A stretch of 64,000 nt of DNA, taken from positions 1,984,001-2,048,000 of the forward strand of contig OZ059896.1 of assembly GCA_964057225.1 (NCBI GenBank), given 5' to 3'. The position numbers and the translations under genes are program-made. This DNA is from Auanema rhodensis (Eukaryota > Animalia > Nematoda). Below are positions 11,201-25,700 of the stretch, piece by piece (positions within the stretch are counted from its first letter, which is position 1; the number at the start of each line of letters is the position of its first letter). Under the pieces are notes generated by a model. It did no database searches. It was not told the DNA's origin and was given only the letters and a program-made list of their open reading frames with translations.

Positions 11201-14200
11201 TTTTGTCAAAATGTTTTTGGAAGCAATGTTGTGTGTACATGGAAACTCAACATACACTAATGCATCATTTTTCAAACGATCATAACTAATTTTTGTAATA
11301 AGCGTTTCTTAATGTAGTATAGTGCATTCGATGTGGATTTTCAAGCTGCGTCGATCTGTGTTATCAGATTTGCGCTAGCTTAAAAATGCACCGAGATATC
11401 AACTGATATAAGTTCACACTTATATCCTCGATTTTCACCCTGAAGAATTAATTTTTTTGTTGAATAACAATGTCCATCGTCTTTGTCTTGAAAAAAGGAA
11501 TCTAAAAACATCTACTTTTTGTGAAATTATTTTGAAATTTTTCGGGAAAATTTTTGTCAAAATGTTTTTGGAAGCAATGTTGTGTGTACATGGAAACTCA
11601 ACATACACTAATGCATCATTTTTCAAACGATCATAACTAATTTTTGTATTAAGCGTTTCTCAATGTAGTATAGTGCATTCGATGCGGATTTTTAAGCTGC
11701 GTCGATCTGTGTTATCAGATTTGCGCTAGCTTAAAAATGCACCGAGATATCAACTGATATAAGTTCACACTTATATCCTCGATTTTCACCCTGAAGAATT
11801 AATTTTTTTGTTGAATAACAATGTCCATCGTCTTTGTCTTGAAAAAAGGAATCTAAAAACATCTACTTTTTGTGAAATTATTTTGAAATTTTTCGGGAAA
11901 ATTTTTGTCAAAATGTTTTTGGAAGCAATGTTGTGTGTACATGGAAACTCAACATACACTAATGCATCATTTTTCAAACGATCATAACTATTTTTTGTAT
12001 TAAGCGTTTCTTAATGTAGTATAGTACATTCGATGCGGATTTTTAAGCTGCGTCGATCTGTGTTATCAGATTTGCGCTAGCTTAAAAATGCACCGAGATA
12101 TCAACTGATATAAGTTCACACTTATATCCTCGAATTTCACCCTGAAGAATTAATTTTTTCGTTGAATAACATTGTCTATCGTTTTTGCCTTGAAAAAAGG
12201 AATCTAAAAACATCTACTTTTTGCTAAATTATTTTCAAATTTTTCGAAAAAATTTTTGTCAAAATGTTTTTGGAAGCAATGTTGAGTGTACATGGAAACT
12301 CAACATACACTAATGCATCATTTTTCAAACGATCATAACTAATTTTTGTATTAAGCGTTTCTTAATGTAGTATAGTACATTCGATGCGGATTTTTAAGCT
12401 GCGTCGATCTGTGTTATCAGATTTGCGCTAGCTTAAAAATGAACCGAGATATCAACTGATATAAGTTCACACCTATATCCTCGATTTTCAACCTGAAGAA
12501 TTAATTTTTTCGTTGAATAACATTGTCTATCGTTTTTGCCTTGAAAAAAGAAATCTAAAAACATCTACTTTTTGCTAAATTATTTTGAAATTTTTCGAAA
12601 AAATTTTTGTCAAAATGTTTTTGGAAGCAATGTTGAGTGTACATGGAAACTCAACATACACTAATGCATCATTTTTCAAACGATCATAACTAATTTTTGT
12701 ATTAAGCGTTTCTCAATGTAGTATAGTGCATTCGATGCGGATTTTTAAGCTGCGTCGATCTGTACTATCAGATTTGCGCTAGCTTAAAAATGCACCGAGA
12801 TATCAACTGATATAAGTTCACACTTATATCCTCGATTTTCACCCTGAAGAATTAATTTTTTCGTTGAATAACACTGTCCATCGTTTTTGCCTTGAAAAAA
12901 GAAATCTAAAAACATCTACTTTTTGCTAAATTATTTTGAAATTTTTCGAAAAAATTTTTGTCAAAATGTTTTTGGAAGCAATTTTGAGTGTACATGGAAA
13001 CTCAACATACACTAATGCATCATTTTTCAAACGATCATAACTAATTTTTGTATTTAGCTTTTCTCAATGTAGTTCAGTGCATTCGATGCGGATTTTTAAG
13101 CTGCGTCGATCTGTACTATCAGATTTGCGCTAGCTTGAAAATGCACCGAGATATCAACTGATATAAGTTCACACCTATATCCTCGATTTTCACCCTGAAG
13201 AATTAATTTTTTAGTTGAATAACATTGTCTATCGTTTTTGCCTTGAAAAAAGAAATCTAAAAACATCTACTTTTTGCTAAATTATTTTCAAATTTTTCGA
13301 AAAAATTTTTGTCAAAATGTTTTTGGAAGCAATTTTGAGTGTACATGGAAACTCAACATACACTAATGCATCATTTTTCAAACGATCATAACTAATTTTT
13401 GTATTTAGCTTTTCTCAATGTAGTTCTGTGCATTCGATGCGGATTTTTAAGCTGCGTCGATCTGTACTATCAGATTTGCGCTAGCTTGAAAATGCACCGA
13501 GATATCAACTGATATAAGTTCACACTTATATCCTCGATTTTCACCCTGAAGAATTAATTTTTTCGTTGAATAACATTGTCTATCGTTTTTGCCTTGAAAA
13601 AAGAAATCTAAAAACATCTACTTTTTGCTAAATTATTTTCAAATTTTTCGAAAAAATTTTTGTCAAAATGTTTTTGGAAGCAATTTTGAGTGTACATGGA
13701 AACTCAACATACACTAATGCATCATTTTTCAAACGATCATAACTAATTTTTGTATTGAGTGTTTCTCAATGTAGTATAGTGCATTCGATGTGGATTTTCA
13801 AGCTGCGTCGATCTGTGTTATCAGATTTGCGCTAGCTTAAAAATGCACCGAGATATCAACTGATATAAGTTCACACTTATATCCTCGATTTTCACCCTGA
13901 AGAATTAATTTTTTTGTTGAATAACAATGTCCATCGTCTTTGTCTTGAAAAAAGGAATCTAAAAACATCTACTTTTTGTGAAATTATTTTGAAATTTTTC
14001 GGGAAAATTTTTGTCAAAATGTTTTTGGAAGCAATGTTGTGTGTACATGGAAACTCAACATACACTAATGCATCATTTTTCAAACGATCATAACTAATTT
14101 TTGTATTAAGCGTTTCTTAATGTAGTTCAGTGCATTCGATGCGGATTTTTAAGCTGCGTCGATCTGTACTATCAGATTTGCGCTAGCTTGAAAATGCACC

Positions 14201-16669
14201 GAGATATCAACTGATATAAGTTCACACCTATATCCTCGATTTTCACCCTGAAGAATTAATTTTTTCGTTGAATAACATTGTCCATCGTTTTTGCCTTGAA
14301 AAAAGAAATCTAAAAACATCTACTTTTTGCTAAATTATTTTGAAATTTTTCGAAAAAATTTTTGTCAAAATGTTTTTGGAAGCAATTTTGAGTGTACATG
14401 GAAACTCAACATACACTAATGCATCATTTTTCAAACGATCATAACTAATTTTTGTATTTAGCTTTTCTCAATGTAGTTCAGTGCATTCGATGCGGATTTT
14501 TAAGCTGCGTCGATCTGTACTATCAGATTTGCGCTAGCTTGAAAATGCACCGAGATATCAACTGATATAAGTTCACACCTATATCCTCGATTTTCACCCT
14601 GAAGAATTAATTTTTTAGTTGAATAACATTGTCTATCGTTTTTGCCTTGAAAAAAGAAATCTAAAAACATCTACTTTTTGCTAAATTATTTTCAAATTTT
14701 TCGAAAAAATTTTTGTCAAAATGTTTTTGGAAGCAATTTTGAGTGTACATGGAAACTCAACATACACTAATGCATCATTTTTCAAACGATCATAACTAAT
14801 TTTTGTATTTAGCTTTTCTCAATGTAGTTCAGTGCATTCGATGCGGATTTTTAAGCTGCGTCGATCTGTACTATCAGATTTGCGCTAGCTTGAAAATGCA
14901 CCGAGATATCAACTGATATAAGTTCACACTTATATCCTCGATTTTCACCCTGAAGAATTAATTTTTTCGTTGAATAACATTGTCTATCGTTTTTGCCTTG
15001 AAAAAAGAAATCTAAAAACATCTACTTTTTGCTAAATTATTTTCAAATTTTTCGAAAAAATTTTTGTCAAAATGTTTTTGGAAGCAATTTTGAGTGTACA
15101 TGGAAACTCAACATACACTAATGCATCATTTTTCAAACGATCATAACTAATTTTTGTATTGAGTGTTTCTCAATGTAGTATAGTGCATTCGATGTGGATT
15201 TTCAAGCTGCGTCGATCTGTGTTATCAGATTTGCGCTAGCTTAAAAATGCACCGAGATATCAACTGATATAAGTTCACACTTATATCCTCGATTTTCACC
15301 CTGAAGAATTAATTTTTTTGTTGAATAACAATGTCCATCGTCTTTGTCTTGAAAAAAGGAATCTAAAAACATCTACTTTTTGTGAAATTATTTTGAAATT
15401 TTTCGGGAAAATTTTTGTCAAAATGTTTTTGGAAGCAATGTTGTGTGTACATGGAAACTCAACATACACTAATGCATCATTTTTCAAACGATCATAACTA
15501 ATTTTTGTATTAAGCGTTTCTTAATGTAGTTCAGTGCATTCGATGCGGATTTTTAAGCTGCGTCGATCTGTACTATCAGATTTGCGCTAGCTTAAAAATG
15601 CACCGAGATATCAACTGATATAAGTTCACACTTATATCCTCGATTTTCACCCTGAAGAATTAATTTTTTCGTTGAATAACATTGTCCATCGTTTTTGCCT
15701 TGAAAAAAGAAATCTAAAAACATCTACTTTTTGCTAAATTATTTTCAAATTTTTCGAAAAAATTTTTGTCAAAATGTTTTTGGAAGCAATTTTGAGTGTA
15801 CATGGAAACTCAACATACACTAATGCATCATTTTTCAAACGATGATAACTAATTTTTGTATTTAGCTTTTCTCAATGTAGTTCAGTGCATTCGATGCGGA
15901 TTTTTAAGCTGCGTCGATCTGTACTATCAGATTTGCGCTAGCTTGAAAATGCACCGAGATATCAACTGATATAAGTTCACACTTATATCCTCGATTTTCA
16001 CCCTGAAGAATTAATTTTTTCGTTGAATAACATTGTCTATCGTTTTTGCCTTGAAAAAAGAAATCTAAAAACATCTACTTTTTGCTAAATTATTTTCAAA
16101 TTTTTCGAAAAAATTTTTGTCAAAATGTTTTTGGAAGCAATTTTGAGTGTACATGGAAACTCAACATACACTAATGCATCATTTTTCAAACGATCATAAC
16201 TAATTTTTGTATTGAGTGTTTCTCAATGTAGTATAGTGCATTCGATGTGGATTTTCAAGCTGCGTCGATCTGTGTTATCAGATTTGCGCTAGCTTAAAAA
16301 TGCACCGAGATATCAACTGATATAAGTTCACACTTATATCCTCGATTTTCACCCTGAAGAATTAATTTTTTTGTTGAATAACAATGTCCATCGTCTTTGT
16401 CTTGAAAAAAGGAATCTAAAAACATCTACTTTTTGTGAAATTATTTTGAAATTTTTCGGGAAAATTTTTGTCAAAATGTTTTTGGAAGCAATGTTGAGTG
16501 TACATGGAAACTCAACATACACTAATGCATCATTTTTCAAACGATCATAACTAATTTTTGTATTAAGCGTTTCTTAATGTAGTATAGTGCATTCGATGTG
16601 GATTTTCAAGCTGCGTCGATCTGTGTTATCAGATTTGCGCTAGCTTAAAAATGCACCGAGATATCAACT

Positions 16670-19600
16670 GATATAGGTTCACACTTATATCCTCGATTTT
16701 CACCGTGAAGAATTAATTTTTTTGTTGAATAACAATGTCCATCGTCTTTGTCTTGAAAAAAGGAATCTAAAAACATCTACTTTTTGTGAAATTATTTTGA
16801 AATTTTTCGGGAAACTTTTTGTCAAAATGTTTTTGGAAGCAATGTTGAGTGTACATGGAAACTCAACATACACTAATGCATCATTTTTCAAAGGATCATA
16901 ACTAATTTTTGTATTGAGCGTTTCTTAATGTAGTATAGTGCATTCGATGCGGATTTTTAAGCTGGGTCGATCTGTGTTATCAGATTTGCGCTACCTTAAA
17001 AATACACCGAGATATCAACTGATATAAGTTCACACTTATATCCTCGATTTTCACCCTGAAGAATTAATTTTTTTGTTGAATAACAATGTCCATCGTCTTT
17101 GTCTTGAAAAAAGGAATCTAAAAACATCTACTTTTTGTGAAATTATTTTGAAATTTTTCGGGAAACTTTTTGTCAAAATGTTTTTGGAAGCAATGTTGAG
17201 TGTACATGGAAACTCAACATACACTAATGCATCATTTTTCAAAGGATCATAACTAATTTTTGTATTTAGCTTTTCTCAATGTAATATAGTGCATTCGATG
17301 CGGATTTTTAAGCTGCGTCGATCTGTGTTATCAGATTTGCGCTAGCTTAAAAATGCACCGAGATATCAACTGATATAAGTTCACACTTATATCCTCGATT
17401 TTCACCCTGAAGAATTAATTTTTTCGTTGAATAACATTGTCCATCGTTTTTGCCTTGAAAAAAGGAATCTAAAAACATCTACTTTTTGCTAAATTATTTT
17501 GAAATTTTTCGAAAACATTTTTGTCAAAATGTTTTTGGAAGCAATTTTGAGTGTACATGGAAACTCAACATACACTAATGCATCATTTTTCAAACGATCA
17601 TAACTAATTTTTGTATTTAGCTTTTCTCAATGTAATATAGTGCATTCGATGCGGATTTTTAAGCTGCGTCGATCTGTGTTATCAGATTTGCGCTAGCTTA
17701 AAAATGCACCGAGATATCAACTGATATAAGTTCACACTTATATCCTCGATTTTCACCCTGAAGAATTAATTTTTTCGTTGAATAACATTGTCCATCGTTT
17801 TTGCCTTGAAAAAAGGAATCTAAAAACATCTACTTTTTGCTAAATTATTTTGAAATTTTTCGAAAACATTTTTGTCAAAATGTTTTTGGAAGCAATTTTG
17901 AGTGTACATGGAAACTCAACATACACTAATGCATCATTTTTCAAACGATCATAACTAATTTTTGTATTTAGCTTTTCTCAATGTAATATAATGCATTCGA
18001 TGCGGATTTTTAAGCTGCGTCGATCTGTGTTATCAGATTTGCGCTAGCTTAAAAATGCACCGAGATATCAACTGATATAAGTTCACACTTATATCCTCGA
18101 TTTTCACCCTGAAGAATTAATTTTTTCGTTGAATAACATTGTCCATCGTTTTTGCCTTGAAAAAAGGAATCTAAAAACATCTACTTTTTGCTAAATTATT
18201 TTGAAATTTTTCGGGAAAATTTTTGTCAAAATGTTTTTGGAAGCAATGTTGTGTGTACATGGAAACTCAACATACACTAATGCATCATTTTTCAAACGAT
18301 CATAACTAATTTTTGTATTAAGCGTTTCTTAATGTAGTATAGTACATTCGATGCGGATTTTTAAGCTGCGTCGATCTGTGTTATCAGATTTGCGCTAGCT
18401 TGAAAATGCACCGAGATATCAACTGATATAAGTTCACACTTATATCCTCGATTTTCACCCTGAAGAATTAATTTTTTCGTTGAATAACATTGTCTATCGT
18501 TTTTGCCTTGAAAAAAGGAATCTAAAAACATCTACTTTTTGCTAAATTATTTTCAAATTTTTCGAAAAAATTTTTGTCAAAATGTTTTTGGAAGCAATGT
18601 TGAGTGTACATGGAAACTCAACATACACTAATGCATCATTTTTCAAACGATCATAACTAATTTTTGTATTAAGCGTTTCTCAATGTAGTATAGTGCATTC
18701 GATGCGGATTTTTAAGCTGCGTAGATCTGTGTTATCAGATTTGCGCTAGCTTGAAAATGCACCGAGATATCAACTGATATAAGTTCACACTTATATCCTC
18801 GATTTTCACCCTGAAGAATTAATTTTTTCGTTAAATAACATTGTCTATCGTTTTTGCCTTGAAAAAAGGAATCTAAAAACATCTACTTTTTGCTAAATTA
18901 TTTTCATATTTTTCGAAAAAATTTTTGTCAAAATGTTTTTGGAAGCAATTTTGAGTGTACATGGAAACTCAACATACACTAATGCATCATTTTTCAAAGG
19001 ATCATAACTAATTTTTGTATTGAGCGTTTCTTAATGTAGTATAGTGCATTCGATGCGGATTTTTAAGCTGGGTCGATCTGTGTTATCAGATTTGCGCTAC
19101 CTTAAAAATACACCGAGATATCAACTGATATAAGTTCACACTTATATCCTCGATTTTCACCCTGAAGAATTAATTTTTTTGTTGAATAACAATGTCCATC
19201 GTCTTTGTCTTGAAAAAAGGAATCTAAAAACATCTACTTTTTGTGAAATTATTTTCAAATTTTTCGAAAAAATTTTTGTCAAAATGTTTTTGGAAGCAAT
19301 TTTGAGTGTACATGGAAACTCAACATACACTAATGCATCATTTTTCAAACGATCATAACTATTTTTTGTATTAAGCGTTTCTTAATGTAGTATAGTACAT
19401 TCGATGCGGATTTTTAAGCTGCGTCGATCTGTGTTATCAGATTTGCGCTAGCTTAAAAATGCACCGAGATATCAACTGATATAAGTTCACACTTATATCC
19501 TCGAATTTCACCCTGAAGAATTAATTTTTTCGTTGAATAACATTGTCTATCGTTTTTGCCTTGAAAAAAGGAATCTAAAAACATCTACTTTTTGCTAAAT

Positions 19601-22600
19601 TATTTTCAAATTTTTCGAAAAAATTTTTGTCAAAATGTTTTTGGAAGCAATGTTGAGTGTACATGGAAACTCAACATACACTAATGCATCATTTTTCAAA
19701 CGATCATAACTAATTTTTGTATTAAGCGTTTCTTAATGTAGTATAGTACATTCGATGCGGATTTTTAAGCTGCGTCGATCTGTGTTATCAGATTTGCGCT
19801 AGCTTAAAAATGAACCGAGATATCAACTGATATAAGTTCACACCTATATCCTCGATTTTCAACCTGAAGAATTAATTTTTTCGTTGAATAACATTGTCTA
19901 TCGTTTTTGCCTTGAAAAAAGAAATCTAAAAACATCTACTTTTTGCTAAATTATTTTGAAATTTTTCGAAAAAATTTTTGTCAAAATGTTTTTGGAAGCA
20001 ATGTTGAGTGTACATGGAAACTCAACATACACTAATGCATCATTTTTCAAACGATCATAACTAATTTTTGTATTAAGCGTTTCTCAATGTAGTATAGTGC
20101 ATTCGATGCGGATTTTTAAGCTGCGTCGATCTGTACTATCAGATTTGCGCTAGCTTAAAAATGCACCGAGATATCAACTGATATAAGTTCACACTTATAT
20201 CCTCGATTTTCACCCTGAAGAATTAATTTTTTCGTTGAATAACACTGTCCATCGTTTTTGCCTTGAAAAAAGAAATCTAAAAACATCTACTTTTTGCTAA
20301 ATTATTTTGAAATTTTTCGAAAAAATTTTTGTCAAAATGTTTTTGGAAGCAATTTTGAGTGTACATGGAAACTCAACATACACTAATGCATCATTTTTCA
20401 AACGATCATAACTAATTTTTGTATTTAGCTTTTCTCAATGTAGTTCAGTGCATTCGATGCGGATTTTTAAGCTGCGTCGATCTGTACTATCAGATTTGCG
20501 CTAGCTTGAAAATGCACCGAGATATCAACTGATATAAGTTCACACCTATATCCTCGATTTTCACCCTGAAGAATTAATTTTTTAGTTGAATAACATTGTC
20601 TATCGTTTTTGCCTTGAAAAAAGAAATCTAAAAACATCTACTTTTTGCTAAATTATTTTCAAATTTTTCGAAAAAATTTTTGTCAAAATGTTTTTGGAAG
20701 CAATTTTGAGTGTACATGGAAACTCAACATACACTAATGCATCATTTTTCAAACGATCATAACTAATTTTTGTATTTAGCTTTTCTCAATGTAGTTCTGT
20801 GCATTCGATGCGGATTTTTAAGCTGCGTCGATCTGTACTATCAGATTTGCGCTAGCTTGAAAATGCACCGAGATATCAACTGATATAAGTTCACACTTAT
20901 ATCCTCGATTTTCACCCTGAAGAATTAATTTTTTCGTTGAATAACATTGTCTATCGTTTTTGCCTTGAAAAAAGAAATCTAAAAACATCTACTTTTTGCT
21001 AAATTATTTTCAAATTTTTCGAAAAAATTTTTGTCAAAATGTTTTTGGAAGCAATTTTGAGTGTACATGGAAACTCAACATACACTAATGCATCATTTTT
21101 CAAACGATCATAACTAATTTTTGTATTGAGTGTTTCTCAATGTAGTATAGTGCATTCGATGTGGATTTTCAAGCTGCGTCGATCTGTGTTATCAGATTTG
21201 CGCTAGCTTAAAAATGCACCGAGATATCAACTGATATAAGTTCACACTTATATCCTCGATTTTCACCCTGAAGAATTAATTTTTTTGTTGAATAACAATG
21301 TCCATCGTCTTTGTCTTGAAAAAAGGAATCTAAAAACATCTACTTTTTGTGAAATTATTTTGAAATTTTTCGGGAAAATTTTTGTCAAAATGTTTTTGGA
21401 AGCAATGTTGTGTGTACATGGAAACTCAACATACACTAATGCATCATTTTTCAAACGATCATAACTAATTTTTGTATTAAGCGTTTCTTAATGTAGTTCA
21501 GTGCATTCGATGCGGATTTTTAAGCTGCGTCGATCTGTACTATCAGATTTGCGCTAGCTTGAAAATGCACCGAGATATCAACTGATATAAGTTCACACCT
21601 ATATCCTCGATTTTCACCCTGAAGAATTAATTTTTTCGTTGAATAACATTGTCCATCGTTTTTGCCTTGAAAAAAGAAATCTAAAAACATCTACTTTTTG
21701 CTAAATTATTTTGAAATTTTTCGAAAAAATTTTTGTCAAAATGTTTTTGGAAGCAATTTTGAGTGTACATGGAAACTCAACATACACTAATGCATCATTT
21801 TTCAAACGATCATAACTAATTTTTGTATTTAGCTTTTCTCAATGTAGTTTAGTGCATTCGATGCGGATTTTTAAGCTGCGTCGATCTGTACTATCAGATT
21901 TGCGCTAGCTTGAAAATGCACCGAGATATCAACTGATATAAGTTCACACCTATATCCTCGATTTTCACCCTGAAGAATTAATTTTTTAGTTGAATAACAT
22001 TGTCTATCGTTTTTGCCTTGAAAAAAGAAATCTAAAAACATCTACTTTTTGCTAAATTATTTTCAAATTTTTCGAAAAAATTTTTGTCAAAATGTTTTTG
22101 GAAGCAATTTTGAGTGTACATGGAAACTCAACATACACTAATGCATCATTTTTCAAACGATCATAACTAATTTTTGTATTTAGCTTTTCTCAATGTAGTT
22201 CAGTGCATTCGATGCGGATTTTTAAGCTGCGTCGATCTGTACTATCAGATTTGCGCTAGCTTGAAAATGCACCGAGATATCAACTGATATAAGTTCACAC
22301 TTATATCCTCGATTTTCACCCTGAAGAATTAATTTTTTCGTTGAATAACATTGTCTATCGTTTTTGCCTTGAAAAAAGAAATCTAAAAACATCTACTTTT
22401 TGCTAAATTATTTTCAAATTTTTCGAAAAAATTTTTGTCAAAATGTTTTTGGAAGCAATTTTGAGTGTACATGGAAACTCAACATACACTAATGCATCAT
22501 TTTTCAAACGATCATAACTAATTTTTGTATTGAGTGTTTCTCAATGTAGTATAGTGCATTCGATGTGGATTTTCAAGCTGCGTCGATCTGTGTTATCAGA

Positions 22601-25600
22601 TTTGCGCTAGCTTAAAAATGCACCGAGATATCAACTGATATAAGTTCACACTTATATCCTCGATTTTCACCCTGAAGAATTAATTTTTTTGTTGAATAAC
22701 AATGTCCATCGTCTTTGTCTTGAAAAAAGGAATCTAAAAACATCTACTTTTTGTGAAATTATTTTGAAATTTTTCGGGAAAATTTTTGTCAAAATGTTTT
22801 TGGAAGCAATGTTGTGTGTACATGGAAACTCAACATACACTAATGCATCATTTTTCAAACGATCATAACTAATTTTTGTATTAAGCGTTTCTTAATGTAG
22901 TTCAGTGCATTCGATGCGGATTTTTAAGCTGCGTCGATCTGTACTATCAGATTTGCGCTAGCTTAAAAATGCACCGAGATATCAACTGATATAAGTTCAC
23001 ACTTATATCCTCGATTTTCACCCTGAAGAATTAATTTTTTCGTTGAATAACATTGTCCATCGTTTTTGCCTTGAAAAAAGAAATCTAAAAACATCTACTT
23101 TTTGCTAAATTATTTTCAAATTTTTCGAAAAAATTTTTGTCAAAATGTTTTTGGAAGCAATTTTGAGTGTACATGGAAACTCAACATACACTAATGCATC
23201 ATTTTTCAAACGATGATAACTAATTTTTGTATTTAGCTTTTCTCAATGTAGTTCAGTGCATTCGATGCGGATTTTTAAGCTGCGTCGATCTGTACTATCA
23301 GATTTGCGCTAGCTTGAAAATGCACCGAGATATCAACTGATATAAGTTCACACTTATATCCTCGATTTTCACCCTGAAGAATTAATTTTTTCGTTGAATA
23401 ACATTGTCTATCGTTTTTGCCTTGAAAAAAGAAATCTAAAAACATCTACTTTTTGCTAAATTATTTTCAAATTTTTCGAAAAAATTTTTGTCAAAATGTT
23501 TTTGGAAGCAATTTTGAGTGTACATGGAAACTCAACATACACTAATGCATCATTTTTCAAACGATCATAACTAATTTTTGTATTGAGTGTTTCTCAATGT
23601 AGTATAGTGCATTCGATGTGGATTTTCAAGCTGCGTCGATCTGTGTTATCAGATTTGCGCTAGCTTAAAAATGCACCGAGATATCAACTGATATAAGTTC
23701 ACACTTATATCCTCGATTTTCACCCTGAAGAATTAATTTTTTTGTTGAATAACAATGTCCATCGTCTTTGTCTTGAAAAAAGGAATCTAAAAACATCTAC
23801 TTTTTGTGAAATTATTTTGAAATTTTTCGGGAAAATTTTTGTCAAAATGTTTTTGGAAGCAATGTTGTGTGTACATGGAAACTCAACATACACTAATGCA
23901 TCATTTTTCAAACGATCATAACTAATTTTTGTATTAAGCGTTTCTTAATGTAGTATAGTGCATTCGATGTGGATTTTCAAGCTGCGTCGATCTGTGTTAT
24001 CAGATTTGCGCTAGCTTAAAAATGCACCGAGATATCAACTGATATAAGTTCACACTTATATCCTCGATTTTCACCCTGAAGAATTAATTTTTTTGTTGAA
24101 TAACAATGTCCATCGTCTTTGTCTTGAAAAAAGGAATCTAAAAACATCTACTTTTTGTGAAATTATTTTGAAATTTTTCGGGAAAATTTTTGTCAAAATG
24201 TTTTTGGAAGCAATGTTGTGTGTACATGGAAACTCAACATACACTAATGCATCATTTTTCAAACGATCATAACTAATTTTTGTATTAAGCGTTTCTTAAT
24301 GTAGTATAGTACATTCGATGCGGATTTTTAAGCTGCGTCGATCTGTGTTATCAGATTTGCGCTAGCTTAAAAATGAACCGAGATATCAACTGATATAAGT
24401 TCACACATATATCCTCGATTTTCACCCTGAAGAATTAATTTTTTCGTTGAATAACATTGTCTATCGTTTTTGCCTTGAAAAAAGGAATCTAAAAACATCT
24501 ACTTTTTGCTAAATTATTTTCAAATTTTTCGAAAAAATCTTTGTCAAAATGTTTTTGGAAGCAATTTTGAGTGTACATGGAAACTCAACATACACTAATG
24601 CATCATTTTTCAAACGATCATAACTAATTTTTGTATTAAGCGTTTCTTAATGTAGTATAGTACATTCGATGCGGATTTTTAAGCTGCGTCGATCTGTGTT
24701 ATCAGATTTGCGCTAGCTTAAAAATGAACCGAGATATCAACTGATATAAGTTCACACATATATCCTCGATTTTCACCCTGAAGAATTAATTTTTTCGTTG
24801 AATAACATTGTCTATCGTTTTTGCCTTGAAAAAAGAAATCTAAAAACATCTACTTTTTGCTAAATTATTTTCAAATTTTTCGAAAAAATTTTTGTCAAAA
24901 TGTTTTTGGAAGCAATTTTGAGTGTACATGGAAACTCAACATACACTAATGCATCATTTTTCAAACGATCATAACTAATTTTTGTATTGAGTGTTTCTCA
25001 ATGTAGTATAGTGCATTCGATGTGGATTTTCAAGCTGCGTCGATCTGTGTTATCAGATTTGCGCTAGCTTAAAAATGCACCGAGATATCAACTGATATAA
25101 GTTCACACTTATATCCTCGATTTTCACCCTGAAGAATTAATTTTTTTGTTGAATAACAATGTCCATCGTCTTTGTCTTGAAAAAAGGAATCTAAAAACAT
25201 CTACTTTTTGTGAAATTATTTTGAAATTTTTCGGGAAAATTTTTGTCAAAATGTTTTTGGAAGCAATGTTGTGTGTACATGGAAACTCAACATACACTAA
25301 TGCATCATTTTTCAAACGATCATAACTAATTTTTGTATTAAGCGTTTCTTAATGTAGTATAGTGCATTCGATGTGGATTTTCAAGCTGCGTCGATCTGTG
25401 TTATCAGATTTGCGCTAGCTTAAAAATGCACCGAGATATCAACTGATATAAGTTCACACTTATATCCTCGATTTTCACCCTGAAGAATTAATTTTTTTGT
25501 TGAATAACAATGTCCATCGTCTTTGTCTTGAAAAAAGGAATCTAAAAACATCTACTTTTTGTGAAATTATTTTGAAATTTTTCGGGAAAATTTTTGTCAA

Positions 25601-25700
25601 AATGTTTTTGGAAGCAATGTTGTGTGTACATGGAAACTCAACATACACTAATGCATCATTTTTCAAACGATCATAACTAATTTTTGTATTAAGCGTTTCT
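16670..25700. repeat. Segmental duplicate of ~1580-11650 (offset 43 monomers = 15093 bp, then 40 monomers = 14040 bp after a 3-monomer difference)
   Basis: ORF variants match in order: 1607/16700, 1958/17051, 4064/19157 and 6170/21263 (+15093), then 8627/22667, 9680/23720, 10031/24071, 11084/25124 and 11435/25475 (+14040). Shared rare alleles include AAAGGATC, GAAAACATT, GCGTAGATC and GTTAAATAAC. Boundaries are approximate. Confidence 0.85.
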
